Positions 1 to 11,049 of a DNA stretch of 64,000 bases are shown here, one piece after another. The notes under the pieces are model-generated. The model was not told the DNA's origin. It was given only the letters and a program-made list of their open reading frames with translations, and did no database searches. The stretch covers positions 217,000,001-217,064,000 of the forward strand of contig NC_091474.1 of assembly GCF_036971445.1 (NCBI RefSeq), in the 5' to 3' direction. A program made the translations under genes and the position numbers. The stretch is from Narcine bancroftii (lineage: Eukaryota). Numbering within the stretch: the first letter of the stretch is position 1; every line of letters starts with the position of its first letter.

Positions 1-36
1 CAGGAGTTCTGTGCTGTGTTGTCAGAAGAGGTAAGT
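1..36 (+). other. Possible 3' end of a host-gene exon with canonical splice donor (GAG|GTAAGT)
   Basis: AAGAG|GTAAGTAT at 26-38 matches the U2 5' splice-site consensus. The 30 nt upstream are open in all three frames (QEFCAVLSEE / RSSVLCCQK / GVLCCVVRR). Too short to identify. Confidence 0.3.
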
Positions 37-819
37 ATATATCAAGCAATTATGTTTTAATCTTCCCCAGGGGGTTCCTTCATGTTGGGGACTAGGATGA
101 ATTAGTCTGGACGTTGAAGCTGCAGAAAGAATCCTCGGGCCTTCCTTACTTCACCAGTCCCCTTACTGGTAATCTTCATGCAATGAAACAACATAATTTC
201 ACCCATTTCTCTTGCCAGTTATCATACACCACTGATGGCCATACATCTTTAAAGGTACACAGAGAGGCCCACACAAAATATTCAGGTGGCACTGATCCAC
301 ATCTGAAATAACTGACTGATCTGGAGATATATAATTGAACTGTTAAGTCTACTGTGCAGTCAATTAAGTTCACCCAATAGTCACTTCTAGTACCAAAGGA
401 AAATTATACAAAAAGTGACAAATCCCTGCTGTGAAATGAACAATCAAATTGTACCTCTGAGCAAATATCAATGGAAATTTCTGACAACGCTCAAGCTGAT
501 CTTGATGCCAAGTTGCTGGTCTGATACAGAAAAAAATGCTTTCTGCATACTTATACTGAATTGTGCTGTATTCTGAAAAAAAATGTAAAAGCTCACGATT
601 TAGAGAGTCTGAACTGTCATAATAAAATACTACTCCGATAATAATGATTTAGGAGGTGATGCAGGGGAATTTAGATCATAACATTTTGGTTGATTTATTT
701 GAGTCCAAAGGTTATTGCACATTTTTTTTTAATAATGGAAAATATTGCAAAAAGGAAGGAAATTATTTTTCTTGCAGGCGTTCTAAATGAATGTATCTTG
801 GCCCATCTTGTAGTCAGAG

Positions 820-1195
820 TTCTTCTACTGGGTCTGACTTGGCCCACTGGGAGCAAACCTGACTCTGTGGCAGAGAAAAGAAATCTGGCTGACACTCCAA
901 TGCAGAACTGAAAACATGCTGCATTATCTGAGTTGTTTGTTGGGTGAAATGCTGAACTGAAGGGCAAATTGCCTTCTCATGGGAACAATTCTCTTTGTGC
1001 GAGATGACTTTGTGTTATCAAATGACTTGGCCAATATCTATCACTCTATTATGACATTAGATTATATGTTTAAATTTGTCCACATTTCTGGGACCTGACC
1101 ACATTATTGATAATTACAACCCTTCAAAATTTATTCATGGACAAAACATTTGGGATGCCCTGAGCTCATCAAAATGACTATAAATGTGGCTATTT
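820..1195 (+). mobile_element. Ancient Deu-domain SINE (SacSINE1/AmnSINE-like), degenerate
   Basis: aaatctggctgacactccaatgcagaactga..., ttggccaatatctatcactc and the tail ...tttgggatgccctgag...actataaatg follow, in order, the SacSINE1/Deu-SINE consensus as I recall it. Confidence 0.6.
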
Positions 1196-1879
1196 TTCTC
1201 CCTTTCACAGAGAGTACTGATTAAACAGAGTGCTGTTCAGCAGGGGCACCTGGTTTACATGACAGTGACCTGAAGAAAGTGTCTCTTCAAAATCACTGAT
1301 AGTCAGTGCATTTGAACTTACTTTTCATTCTCTACTTTGAGATTATTTGATAATCCATCAAGGCTCCTCAATGACTAAAGAGAAATATCTTATACAAATA
1401 TACCAGGTTTTAGATTTACCTGAACTATTGTATGGCTTTGAACTTGGAACTGCATTCATGGGAAAGAAAGGATATGGAGTATTCTCTCCATTAATTAGCT
1501 TTTGTTAATGCATACATTTCAGGATCGTCAATGACTGAATGGCCTATTTTTCTGTGCCATTATAATTTCATGATTATCAGAATTGTAGTGAGATAAAGAT
1601 AGTGTTAACATTTGATATATTCATGGTCCAATAACTTGTTAATATTCTACAAAGACACACACATAAATAAAGGTTACTTGAATTAGATTTCAATTGGACT
1701 TTGCAAGCTTTCAATTCTTTCTATGGGGAACCAAAAAAAAGAGCAAAATTATTGCCTGTGAATTTATCTTGTTGGGATCCTCAATGAGCAACTTTCTGTT
1801 TGTGCTTTTCTTATGGTAAAGAAAATAATCTTTGTATAAAACACATTGCTGGCTGAATTTTGATACAGTGGAAAACACA

Positions 1880-2185
1880 GACAGCATAGCACAACACTGT
1901 TACAGTGGCAGCGACCCAGATTCAAATGCAGCATTGTCTGTAAAGGGATTATACGTTCTCTCTCTGATGTTGTAGGTAGCTTCCTCCCACATTCCAAAGA
2001 CATACGGGTAGATTAGTCATATGAGTGTATTTGGGTGGTACGGATCATGTGCCACAAGGGCCTGAAACTGTGGCATATCTCTAAATCATATTAAAAATAG
2101 GTTAATCGGTCGCATGGGTGTATTTGGGCAGCGCAACCTTGTAGGCCAGAAGGGCCTGTTTCTGTGGTGTATCTCTAAATATAAA
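1880..2185 (+). mobile_element. HE1-type V-SINE with duplicated 3' tail
   Basis: tRNA-derived head remnant (cagtggcagcgacccagattcaaat) and V-domain remnant (tgtctgtaaagggattatacgttctc...ttcctcccacattccaaagac). Two tandem copies of the CR1-derived tail (...gggcctg...tatctctaaat) end at about 2086 and 2180. Confidence 0.75.
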
Positions 2186-2229
2186 TTTGAATTCAAAAAA
2201 GATAGGCAGATGGTAAAGCTTAGAACAAA

Positions 2230-2310
2230 TTAGAATGATGGAAGAACTCAGCAGTTAAAGCAGCATCTCCGGAGGTTGACATTTCCGGTTGAGACTTTGC
2301 ATCGGGGTGT
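2230..2310 (-). mobile_element. Penelope-like element terminal-repeat fragment
   Basis: gatggaagaactcagcagttaaagcagcatctccggagg...gacatttccggttgagactttgcatcggg is the reverse complement of the motif seen at 45147-45280. Confidence 0.5.
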
Positions 2311-2747
2311 GAGGGAATAGGAAAGATATCTCAATAGAATGGCCATTCTCTCTGAAATAGCAATAAACCTTAAATTCAGTCCCAGCAGCTGGGTGTTCTG
2401 GTCATTTTCCTAATGTATGCTGGTTAACAGACTCCTCCATTCGAAATTACGCGCAGGTGTAATATGTTCATATAGGGCGTAGGAAAAGAGACGACTTGGA
2501 ACTGTTTCCAGTATTTATTCATTCTATTTCAGAAGACTAAATAATACACCATTGCCTTCTGAGTTTTCTTCTTCTTTTGCCCCTTTTCTCCCTTAGCAAG
2601 TAATAAGCAGTGTCCATTATTTTCTTCAACTACAGATAGAAACTTTATTTTAACATTACTCAATTCAGTGTACATGGTATTAGCTGAGAGCTTTATGATT
2701 TGTCCAGGAAAACATTTTGCATTTTAAAATCCTTTCCATCTATATAA

Positions 2748-2748
<1 letters not shown>

Positions 2749-2790
<42 letters not shown>
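2749..2790. repeat. poly(A) plus (TA)15 microsatellite abutting the RTE 3' tail
   Basis: Directly visible. Confidence 0.95.
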
Positions 2791-2793
<3 letters not shown>

Positions 2794-3223
2794 TTTCTTT
2801 GGCTTGGCTTCGCGGACGAAGATTTATGGAGGGGGTAAAAAGTCCACGTCAGCTGCAGGCTCGTTTGTGGCTGACAAGTCCGATGCGGGACAGGCAGACA
2901 CGGTTGCAGCGGTTGCAGGGGAAAATTGGTTGGTTGGGGTTGGGTGTTGGGTTTTTCCTCCTTTGCCTTTTGTCAGTGAGGTGGGCTCTGCGGTCTTCTT
3001 CAAAGGAGGTTGCTGCCCGCCAAACTGTGAGGCGCCAAGATGCACGGTTTGAGGCGTTATCAGCCCACTGGCGGTGGTCAATGTGGCAGGCACCAAGAGA
3101 TTTCTTTAGGCAGTCCTTGTACCTTTTCTTTGGTGCACCTCTGTCACGGTGGCCAGTGGAGAGCTCGCCATATAACAGGATCTTGGGAAGGCGATGGTCC
3201 TCCATTCTGGAGACGTGACCCAT
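2791..3223 (-). mobile_element. RTE-clade LINE, 5'-truncated young copy 1
   Basis: Minus ORF 2849-3259 encodes the RTE ORF C-terminus (GHVSRMEDHRLPK..LYGEL..RGAPKKRYKD..CNRCNRVCLSRIGLVSHKRAC). 3' end is ccaagccaaagaaagaa. Near-identical to the copies at 20345 and 24168. Confidence 0.92.
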
Positions 3224-3884
3224 AAACTGTGTATATATACAAAGTGAAAACAGTGCCACCCAGTGGGCAAGTTAAAAACTGCATAGAGAAATTAACTGAC
3301 CAAAATCATACATTTAACAAGAAAAGTCTGTACCTTTTAGAAGATAAAATAACACAACCATTGCCTTCAGAGTTTTCTTCCTTTTCTGAATATTTTCTCC
3401 TAAGCACACAAAATTTACACTGTGAAGTCTCAGCAAAGCTACATTGATCACCTGGACAGCACATGGTATTGGAGTCAAAACATCAGTAAGATAAAAACAT
3501 CCATAAACTTTACATCAATGGTAAAAAACATACAAAACCAACTGTAAACATAAAAATAATATTAGTGATGAACAATATACTTTAAGATGGATAACATAAA
3601 CAATTCATTTTCCAAAAAAAAATTAAAGTACCCCAGCAGCTAAATTCCCTCACACTTAACCTTAGCAAGTAAAAAGCAGAGTGAGGTAAAGAAAGGAAGT
3701 GGGCTGAGGAGGTACAGAAGAGATGTGCACTGCAAAACTAATTCCCATCGGAAACATTATTAAAATAACAGTAAATACAAATTATTGAGATAAAATACAC
3801 AAATACAGAATTGAGAATAAAAATAATTAAAACTCATTTTTGAACTTATTACAAAAAGTTTGGTTTCAAATGAAAATCGATGGC

Positions 3885-4445
3885 CATAAGAATGTAAGAA
3901 ATGGCCATTTGGTTCTTTGAGGCATTCCTCTTATTCAAGATCATGGCTTGTCTTTGGTCTCTGTGCCATTTGTCAGCTCTATTCCTAAATTACTTGATTC
4001 GCCTCATTTTCAGAAATGCAGTGAGACCCGTAATATCTGACACCTATGGGGATTGGTGGATGCTAGATACATGAATTTACCAGTAGCTTGAAATTGTGTG
4101 CTGCATGCTTGACAAACTAACTGCCAGGAATGCCAATTTTAAACTTGCATTTTTTTTTAGTTATTTGTTTTTTGGTTTTTTTTCCCAGTTGCTTGAGGCT
4201 GCCGGTTGTTTGAATTCCAGATAATGGGAATTTTATTGTATATTGATCACTGTTTTGAGTCATTTCAATGACTAACCTTTCAGACCTCCAGGGTAAAGTG
4301 TTTCAAGGATTGGCTACGCCCTGAGTAAGAAGATTTCTCCTCATCATTGCTGTAAATGCCCAACCTGTCTTTTTGATGTTAGGACTCATTGTTCTCAACT
4401 CCTCAACCTGGGAAAATGTCCTCTCTGCATCTGCCTTCCCAAGTT
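3885..4445 (-). mobile_element. Old CR1 LINE 3' end, interrupted by a MITE
   Basis: cataagaatgtaagaa tail and ...gagtaagaagatttctcctcatc are degenerate reverse-complement matches to the 3' end of the CR1 at 55700-55990. Confidence 0.6.
4019..4240. mobile_element. Tc1/mariner (Tigger/pogo-like) MITE
   Basis: Degenerate TIRs cagtgagacccgtaatatc / gataatgggaattttattg(ta). Same family as the terminus at 24646-24725. Confidence 0.55.
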
Positions 4446-4709
4446 CTGTTCAGAAAGGCACAGAGAGACCTCCTCATATGTTCTAACATGGAAGTGTCTC
4501 ACAAATCTTGCAAGTAAGACTTGAGTAAGGACTCTTGGGCAGAAACCAATGGACCTGTTTAATTTCTTTTATGTGAGATACTTCTTTATAGTGAGGTGAT
4601 TCATCAAATCGCTCAGTTAAAGAGAAAGCAGGCTTGAGTGTGAATTAGCCTTAGGCTTCAAAATAACTTATTAATCATGAGATTGGTAAAGCACCACACT
4701 AGTAAAACA

Positions 4710-4835
4710 TGAACCTATGTTGCGCCTTTCACATCAATTTCAACGAGCCTTAAAACTCTCTGTAGCCCAAGAGGTCCCTGTGAAATGTAATTAATATTGT
4801 AATGGTGGAACCACTGCAGCCAGTTTTAACATGAC
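4710..4835 (-). mobile_element. Deu-SINE (SacSINE1-like) 3' tail fragment
   Basis: gcgcctttcac...tgtagcccaagag...gaaatgtaattaatattgtaatggtggaaccactgcagccagttt resembles the reverse complement of the SacSINE1 tail (recalled). Confidence 0.4.
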
Positions 4836-5646
4836 AGCCTGTTACCATTTTAGCATAATGTTTAGTATTGCAAATTATAATTGTTTAAAGGTCTGGATTT
4901 GAAGCATACAAAGGGTAAAACTGATTACAATTTCCTTCTTGATTACAAAGCAATATTTAAAATTGGTTGACCAAAATGCTGAGGTATAGATGGGAGATAA
5001 AACTACAGGAAAATGAATGTGTGCACTCAATAGCTGCCTCCACTCTGTCAACTCTTATTCTTTACTACAGCAGGTTAGGCTACGAGCAAGCAACTCCCCA
5101 GGAAAGGAAAGTTGCCAAGATTGATTTGTTCATTGCTCAGCTCAAGAGATCTTCACACGGATTTTTGCTTAACTATAGCCATAGTTTTCCTGCAACTCTG
5201 TGCCTTATCACTGAATAATGAAGGCAAGAATACAAATTCAGTTGTGGTGGAATTGAAAAGGTTTCAGGAAATTATTCAGAACTCACATCTGTTTTCCAAC
5301 TTACTGACATGAAAGATTTTGTTCACAAGACCGGCGCTGAAAGATTATTTGCTGGAGATAGCAACTTTGGAGTTAAGCTCTCCCTGTTGAAGTTTTGACA
5401 TATTAGATCACCCTGGATGCCATTTAGTCTCTGTTTATTTGTGACCCAGTCAGTGAATAAGGTGAGAAACAGCAGCAGAGGGTTATACTGTATATACATA
5501 GGGTCTTGGTGGGATCACTTCTGGAGTTATGTGTGCAATTTTGTATTCCCTCTTCCAATAGAGAGAGTGCATGGGTCCCTGTAATGGTGGGTCTATCATA
5601 CAAGGAAAGAGTGAAATAAGCTAGCACTTGGAAGAATGAGAGGAGA

Positions 5647-7126
5647 ACATGGGGATAGTGCCGGAGGATTGGCACATTGCGCATGTGGTTCCGTTATTTA
5701 AAAAGGGTTCAAGGAGGAAGCCTGGCAACTATCGGCCTGTAAGTTTGACGTCTGTGGTAGGTAAATTAATGGAGAAAATTCTTAGAGATAGTACTTATAA
5801 ACATCTGGATAGACAGGGTCTGATCAGGAGCACTCAACATGGATTTGTGGGAGGAAGGTCATGTTTGACCAATCTGATTGAATTTTTTGAAGAGGTGACT
5901 AGGAATGTGGATGAGGGTAGCGCAGTGGATGTTGTCTATATGGACTTCAGTAAGGCCTTCGATAAGGTACCACATGGAAGGTTAGTTAGGAAGGTGCAGT
6001 CTTTAGGTATAAATTTTGAGATAGTCAAATGGATTGAACATTGGCTGAAAGGGAGAGGCCAGAGAGTGGTAGTGGATAATTGTCTGTCAGGTTGGAGGCC
6101 GGTGACCAGTGGTGTTCCTCAAGGATCTGTATTGGGCCCATTGTTGTTCATTATATACATTAATGATCTAGATGATGGGGTGGTGAATTGGATTAGTAAA
6201 TATGCAGACGATACTAAGATAGGTGGAATAGTGGATAATGAAGAAGTTTTTCAAGGATTGCAGAGGGATTTGGGCTGCTTAGAAAAGTGGGCTGAAAAAT
6301 GGCAGATGGAATTTAATGCTGATAAGTGTGAGCTGCTTCATTTTGGTAAGAAGAATCAGAACAGGACATACGTGGTAAATGGGAGAGCATTGATGAATAC
6401 AGAAGAGCAGAAAGATTTAGGAGTAACGGTACATCGTTCCCTAAAGGTAGAAACTCACGTGAATAGGGTGGTGAAGAAGGCTTTTAGTATGCTGGCCTTT
6501 ATCAATCATTGCATGGAATATAGGAGTTGGGAGGTGATGTTGAGATTGTATAAGACGTTGGTGCGGCCTAATTTGGAGTTCTGTGTGCAGTTCTGGTCGC
6601 CTAATTATAGGAAGGATATAAACAGAGTGGAGAGAGTGCAGAGAAGGTTTACCAGAATGTTACCTGTGTTTAAGCATCTAGAGTATAGGGAGAGATTGGA
6701 CAGATTAGGTCTTTATTCTTTGGAGCGTAGAAGGTTGAGAGGGGATTTGATAGAAGTATTTAAGATTATGAAAGGGATAGACAGAGTGGATGTGGATAGA
6801 CTATTTCCGTTAAGAGGAGGAAAGATTGAAACAAGAGGACATGAGTTAAGAATTAAGGGGCAGAGGTTTAGAGGTAACATGAGGGGGAACTTCTTTACTC
6901 AGAGAGTGATAGCCGTGTGCAATGAGCTTCCGGGAGAAATAGTGATGGCGGAGTCAATTGTATTATTTAAGAAAAGGTTGGACAGGTATATGGATGAGAA
7001 GAAGATGGAGGGTTATGGGCATTGTACAGGGAGGTGGGACTAGAGAGGGGTGTTTGGTTCGGTGTGGACTAGAAGGGCCTAATGGCCTGTTTCCGTGCTG
7101 TAAATTGTTATATGCTATGTTATGTT
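5647..7126 (+). mobile_element. Young 5'-truncated CR1 (HER1-type) LINE with open reverse-transcriptase frame
   Basis: ORF 5649-7043 is uninterrupted; 3' UTR agaagggcctaatggcctgtttccgtgctg followed by an (ATGTT)n-like tail. Confidence 0.93.
5649..7043 (+). CDS. CR1 ORF2 reverse transcriptase domain and C-terminus (5'-truncated, 464 aa)
   Basis: Motifs PGNYRPVSLTS, QHGF, DFSKAFDKVPH, GVPQGSVLGPLLF, YADD, RRRLRGDLIEVFK. The endonuclease is absent, so not autonomous. Confidence 0.85.
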   Translation: MGIVPEDWHIAHVVPLFKKGSRRKPGNYRPVSLTSVVGKLMEKILRDSTYKHLDRQGLIRSTQHGFVGGRSCLTNLIEFFEEVTRNVDEGSAVDVVYMDFSKAFDKVPHGRLVRKVQSLGINFEIVKWIEHWLKGRGQRVVVDNCLSGWRPVTSGVPQGSVLGPLLFIIYINDLDDGVVNWISKYADDTKIGGIVDNEEVFQGLQRDLGCLEKWAEKWQMEFNADKCELLHFGKKNQNRTYVVNGRALMNTEEQKDLGVTVHRSLKVETHVNRVVKKAFSMLAFINHCMEYRSWEVMLRLYKTLVRPNLEFCVQFWSPNYRKDINRVERVQRRFTRMLPVFKHLEYRERLDRLGLYSLERRRLRGDLIEVFKIMKGIDRVDVDRLFPLRGGKIETRGHELRIKGQRFRGNMRGNFFTQRVIAVCNELPGEIVMAESIVLFKKRLDRYMDEKKMEGYGHCTGRWD

Positions 7127-7429
7127 AGAAGTTGTGCTCAAAAGTATTTAGAGAGCGGGGGGAAAAATGTTTCTTCTTGCTAGGGAGTATAGTACTATGG
7201 GTTACATTGCTGAAAATAAAGGGTAGCCTTTTAGGACATAAATAAGATATTTTCTCACTCAAAATGTGGTGGATCTTTGGAGATCTCTTCATTGGAGGGC
7301 ACTGGAGGCTTGGACATTGATTATATTCAATACAGAGATTGGATGGTGAGTTCCTTTATTTAAGAAGGGCAATGTAGATAAGCCATGGAAATTAGTGGAG
7401 AAGATCCTGGGCTAAGTTGGAAAGGTAGG

Positions 7430-8310
7430 GATGATCAGCATTGGTCAGAATGGCTTTGTGTGTGAGGAAATCTCATCTCATTTATTTGATTGAGTTTTTG
7501 AGGAGGAAACTCAGCTGACCAATGAATGAGAAGCAATGGTAAGGCATGTGACAAAATCCCACACAATTGGTTGGCCTGGGAGGTTGAGGCACATGGAGTA
7601 CTGGCTTATTGGATCAAAATGGGCTTGATGACAAGGGGCAGAGTGTAGAGGTGAAAGGATACTGTTTTGATAGGAAGTTTGTGAACACAGGACTCATTGT
7701 TATAATCCTTGTCGATTGTGAAATCATTTATGGCTTGGATATGAATGTAGGAGGCATGATTGGGCAAGTTTGTGAATGGCACAAACACTAATGGTTTTGT
7801 GGGAAACAAAGAAGTTTGTCCAAGCCTACAGCAGGATATTGATCAAATCCAAATTTGGGGAAAACATTGGCAGATGAAATTTAATCCTAACTCAGGTGTG
7901 ATGATGCATTTTGGGAAGTCAAATGGAACAGAACATCTACTTTGAATTGTGGGATGCTGAGGAATATTAATGAATAGAGGGACCTTGGGGTTCTAATCCC
8001 TAGTTCCCTGGAAGTGCAACATGGGTAGAAAGGATGGCAAGAAGGCAAAAGGGCATTCCTGCCTTTATAGAAAACAAACTTAATGCAGGCAAATGGAACT
8101 AATGCAGGTGGATAGAAAGGTGTGCATGGATATGATGGGTCAAAGGGCCAGTTTCTGTGCTGCATAACTCCAACGCTAAGAGGATTTGGGGTATTACGGC
8201 AATCGATAGATTATGGACACTAGGAAAGAAACTGATGTAGAAGTGAAAGATCATCCTTGATGTTTAATTGTGGAACAGGCCTGATGAGCTGAATGGCCTT
8301 CTCTTCTTTT
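7430..8310 (+). mobile_element. Degenerate CR1 RT fragments and tails
   Basis: Remnant LQQDIDQIQIWGKHWQMKFNP..VMHFG; tails gggtcaaagggccagtttctgtgctg and ctgaatggccttctcttct. Confidence 0.7.
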
Positions 8311-8344
8311 TTCTTATGTTTTAATAATTTTATATTTCATTTAA

Positions 8345-8580
8345 AGATACAGCAGGTAATACACCACAAGCCCACGCCATCTAAATACACTCATGTGACC
8401 GATCACCTTTCAACCACATTTGTCTTTGTAATGTGGAAAGAAACCAGAGCACCTTCAGGAAACCCATACAGGCAGGGGGAGAAAGTACAAACTCCTTACA
8501 GACAGTGCTGGATTTGAATCGGGGTTGCAACCATTCTAATAACATTGTGCTAACCGCTATGCGAATCATGCCACCCAAAC
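8345..8580 (-). mobile_element. HE1-type V-SINE
   Basis: gaaaccagagcaccttcaggaaacccatacaggcagggggagaaagtacaaactccttacagacag is the reverse-complement V-domain. Confidence 0.85.
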
Positions 8581-9055
8581 TGTGTTCTGAATCTAGAGTC
8601 ACCCATATCTAGGAATCAGGCTTGCTGAATCTCTCGTCATTTCCATTGCCTCATCAACACGTACTAGTTGTGAGATGATCTGTACATCAAACTTGGGTTC
8701 ACTTACACACCCTTGGATTCAGTTTGCTCTTGCAATGAAAGATCAATGAGATGAGCGACAAAGCAAGTGTTGTACTGAGCGATGTTTGTTTCATCCTCTG
8801 CCCTTCAAATTTTATTTACCTTTGTTCATATTCCTTTTAATCTAGAAAATATTTGCTGACTTTAGATAGTTACCCCTTGATGTGGATCATTGCCTATCAG
8901 AAGCAGCGAAGGATGAACTATTCCCAGCCCATGGACAAAAGCATTGTTTAATTAACCAATGAGAAATACAAATATATCTAGTGATTTTTCTCCTCTCCCA
9001 TTGTGCTAATACTGAGCTCTAATTTGTTATTTATACCCATAATGCAATCACTGTG

Positions 9056-9257
9056 TGTAGTGATTCACTAGAGGTGTCCTGTACTGACAACTGGTCCTTC
9101 CTCCCGGCCCCTCCGCCCGGGGGCCCATATATAACCCTGGTTTCCTGCCTAAACCCTGAACCCCTTTTAAGCCTGTTCAAGAACCCTACCTGTGTTGTAA
9201 GTTAATAAAAGTGTTAGTTCTCCCTCAAGTTGAATGTGAGCTTTTATCTACACTATA
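9056..9257 (+). mobile_element. Short solo LTR (~200 bp) with 5-bp TSD CTGTG
   Basis: Termini TGTAGTG...CACTATA (near-inverted); internal TATA (catatataa) and AATAAA; CTGTG at 9051-9055 and 9258-9262. Confidence 0.8.
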
Positions 9258-9411
9258 CTGTGACTCAGTTCTGCAAGCCCCTGCATCCTATTTAACCACT
9301 CAGCAAAGTACAATTACTTCTTCAGTTGCACTTAGTCAGAATCACAAGTACAGAAGGAAATATTTTCAGTTGCCTACTCTAGAATGATCAGTCAGTCCCA
9401 ATGGCTGATTT

Positions 9412-9655
9412 GGAGTAGCACGGTTAGTGTAGCAATTAGTGCAATGCTGTTGCAGCGCCATTGACCAGAGTTTGAATCCTGTGCTGTCTGCAAGGAGTTT
9501 GAACATTCTTCCCTTGTCTGCATGTGTTTGCTCTGGGTGCTCTGGTTTCCTCCTATCTTTCAAAACATCCCAGGCTTATTGGTTAATTGGGTGTACTTGG
9601 GCAGAACTGGCTCTCTGGCCGAAAGGGCCTGTTACCGTGCTTTGTGTTTTAAAAT
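9412..9655 (+). mobile_element. HE1-type V-SINE, near full length
   Basis: A/B-box-like head (gcacggttagtgtagcaattag...gagtttgaatcc), V-domain and CR1-type tail ggccgaaagggcctgttaccgtgct. Confidence 0.88.
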
Positions 9656-10024
9656 ATACTTGCCCAAACCATTGAATCTTATTATTCCATAATAAGAACA
9701 GCTTTTCTTGTCTAAACCTGTCCTAATTTAATTTCTCTTCAACTTCTTTCTTCCAAAGAGAATAATTCCAGCTTCTCCAGTTTACCTTGTATTGAAAATT
9801 CCTCACTCTGGCAAGTCTTCTGGTAAAATGGTTCTGCACCCTCTCAAAGACATTCAATTATTTCCTGAGTGTGGTAACATTTATAAAAGTTCAGTGTACC
9901 TTCTCTACTTCATATTTCAACTCCCCCACTTATGAAGCCCAAGTCCCAAGATCTTTTGAGTTATAATGTTACAGATTAATGCTCATACAGGATAGAAATG
10001 AATTCTTTAGCCTAGCAAATGCAC

Positions 10025-10205
10025 AAAATAAGTGCTGGAGAAACTCAGCAGTGCCCCACACAATGTCAAGGTAAGACTTTAACGAAGGGGTCAGAGCCGA
10101 AATGTTGGTTATATATCTTTGCCTCCTATGGACACTGCGGGACCTGCTGAATTTATCCAGAACTTTTGCATTTACTACAATCATAGCATCTTCAGACTTT
10201 TATGT
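10025..10205 (+). mobile_element. Penelope-like terminal repeat (partly inverted) with degenerate hammerhead motif
   Basis: gtgctggagaaactcagcag ... aacgaaggggtcagagccgaaatgttgg ... gacctgctgaatttatccag. Confidence 0.6.
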
Positions 10206-10329
10206 GAACTAATTCAATTTCCAACATTTGGCCCTTAGATATCCATGTCTCAGCATTTCACATGGCTTCATTATCATGTGCATTGTATAACATACGTGTG
10301 CACCAAAGGTCTTACCTGCTGCAGCTGAA

Positions 10330-10965
10330 TAGAATCAGAATCGGAATTTATTGTCATGAACAAGTCATGAAATTCAGCGTATTGCGGAAGAAGCTGTCCC
10401 TGTGCTGTTGAACGCTCGTCTTTTGGCTCCTGTATCCTTTTCCCGATGGTAGCAGAGAGAAGAGGACATGGCCTGGGTGGAGAGGGTCTTTGAGGATAGA
10501 GGCTTCTTTTTTAAGACACCACCACATGTAGATGACCTCAATGGAGTGAAGTTTAGTGCCTGTGATGCCACAGGCTGAGTTAACAACCCTCTGAAATTTA
10601 TTCTTGTCCTGAAAGTTGGTGCCTACATACCAGACAGCGATGCAACCAGTCAGTGTGCTCTCCATGGAACACCTGTAGAACTATTCGAGAGTTTTCAATG
10701 ACATAACAAATATCCTCAGACACCCCACAAAGTATAGCCCCTGGCGAGACTTTTTTGTGATTGCATCAACATAGAGGCTCCAGGACAGATCCTCGGAGAT
10801 GTTGACACCCAGGAATTTGAAGTTCTTGACCCTCACCATTGCTGAACCTTTGATGAGGTCTGGGTTGTGTTCCTCTGACTCCCTCCTGAGGTCCAGAATC
10901 ATCTCCTTTATTTTGCTGACGTTGAGCTCAAGGTTGTTGTCATTACATCATTCAATGAATGACCT
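10330..10965 (-). mobile_element. Rex1/Babar-clade LINE 3' portion
   Basis: Minus ORFs 10681-10902 (VKNFKFLGVNISEDLSWS..KSRQGLYF) and 10354-10665 (ESTLTGCIAVWY..ILKDPLHPGHVLFSLLPSGKGYRS); (GATTCT)n-type tail. Confidence 0.88.
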
Positions 10966-11049
10966 CCTGTAAAAAAAGGATTTTGTAAAAAAAAAGAACT
11001 GCAACAGTGAACATTGAATTAAGTTAAAAAGATTCAAGAAATACAAAAT

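Larger units (their letters stand above)
5470..7345 (+). mobile_element. Old CR1 relic hosting a younger CR1 insertion
   Basis: Degenerate CR1 RT C-terminal sequence (ctggagttatgtgtgcaattttg...gaagaatgagaggaga) at 5470-5646 resumes after 7126 (...aaaatgtggtggatctttgg...). Confidence 0.6.

Noticed and set aside
2717-3225. Several overlapping ORFs repeated three times in the window (MAWLRGRRF..., MVPATLTT..., MHGLRRYQ...)
   Set aside because: Alternative and antisense frames of the same young GC-rich RTE element, not a host gene family.
9412-9490. tRNA-like A/B boxes here and in other SINE heads
   Set aside because: SINE heads followed by a V-domain and LINE tail; no complete cloverleaf, so not tRNA genes.
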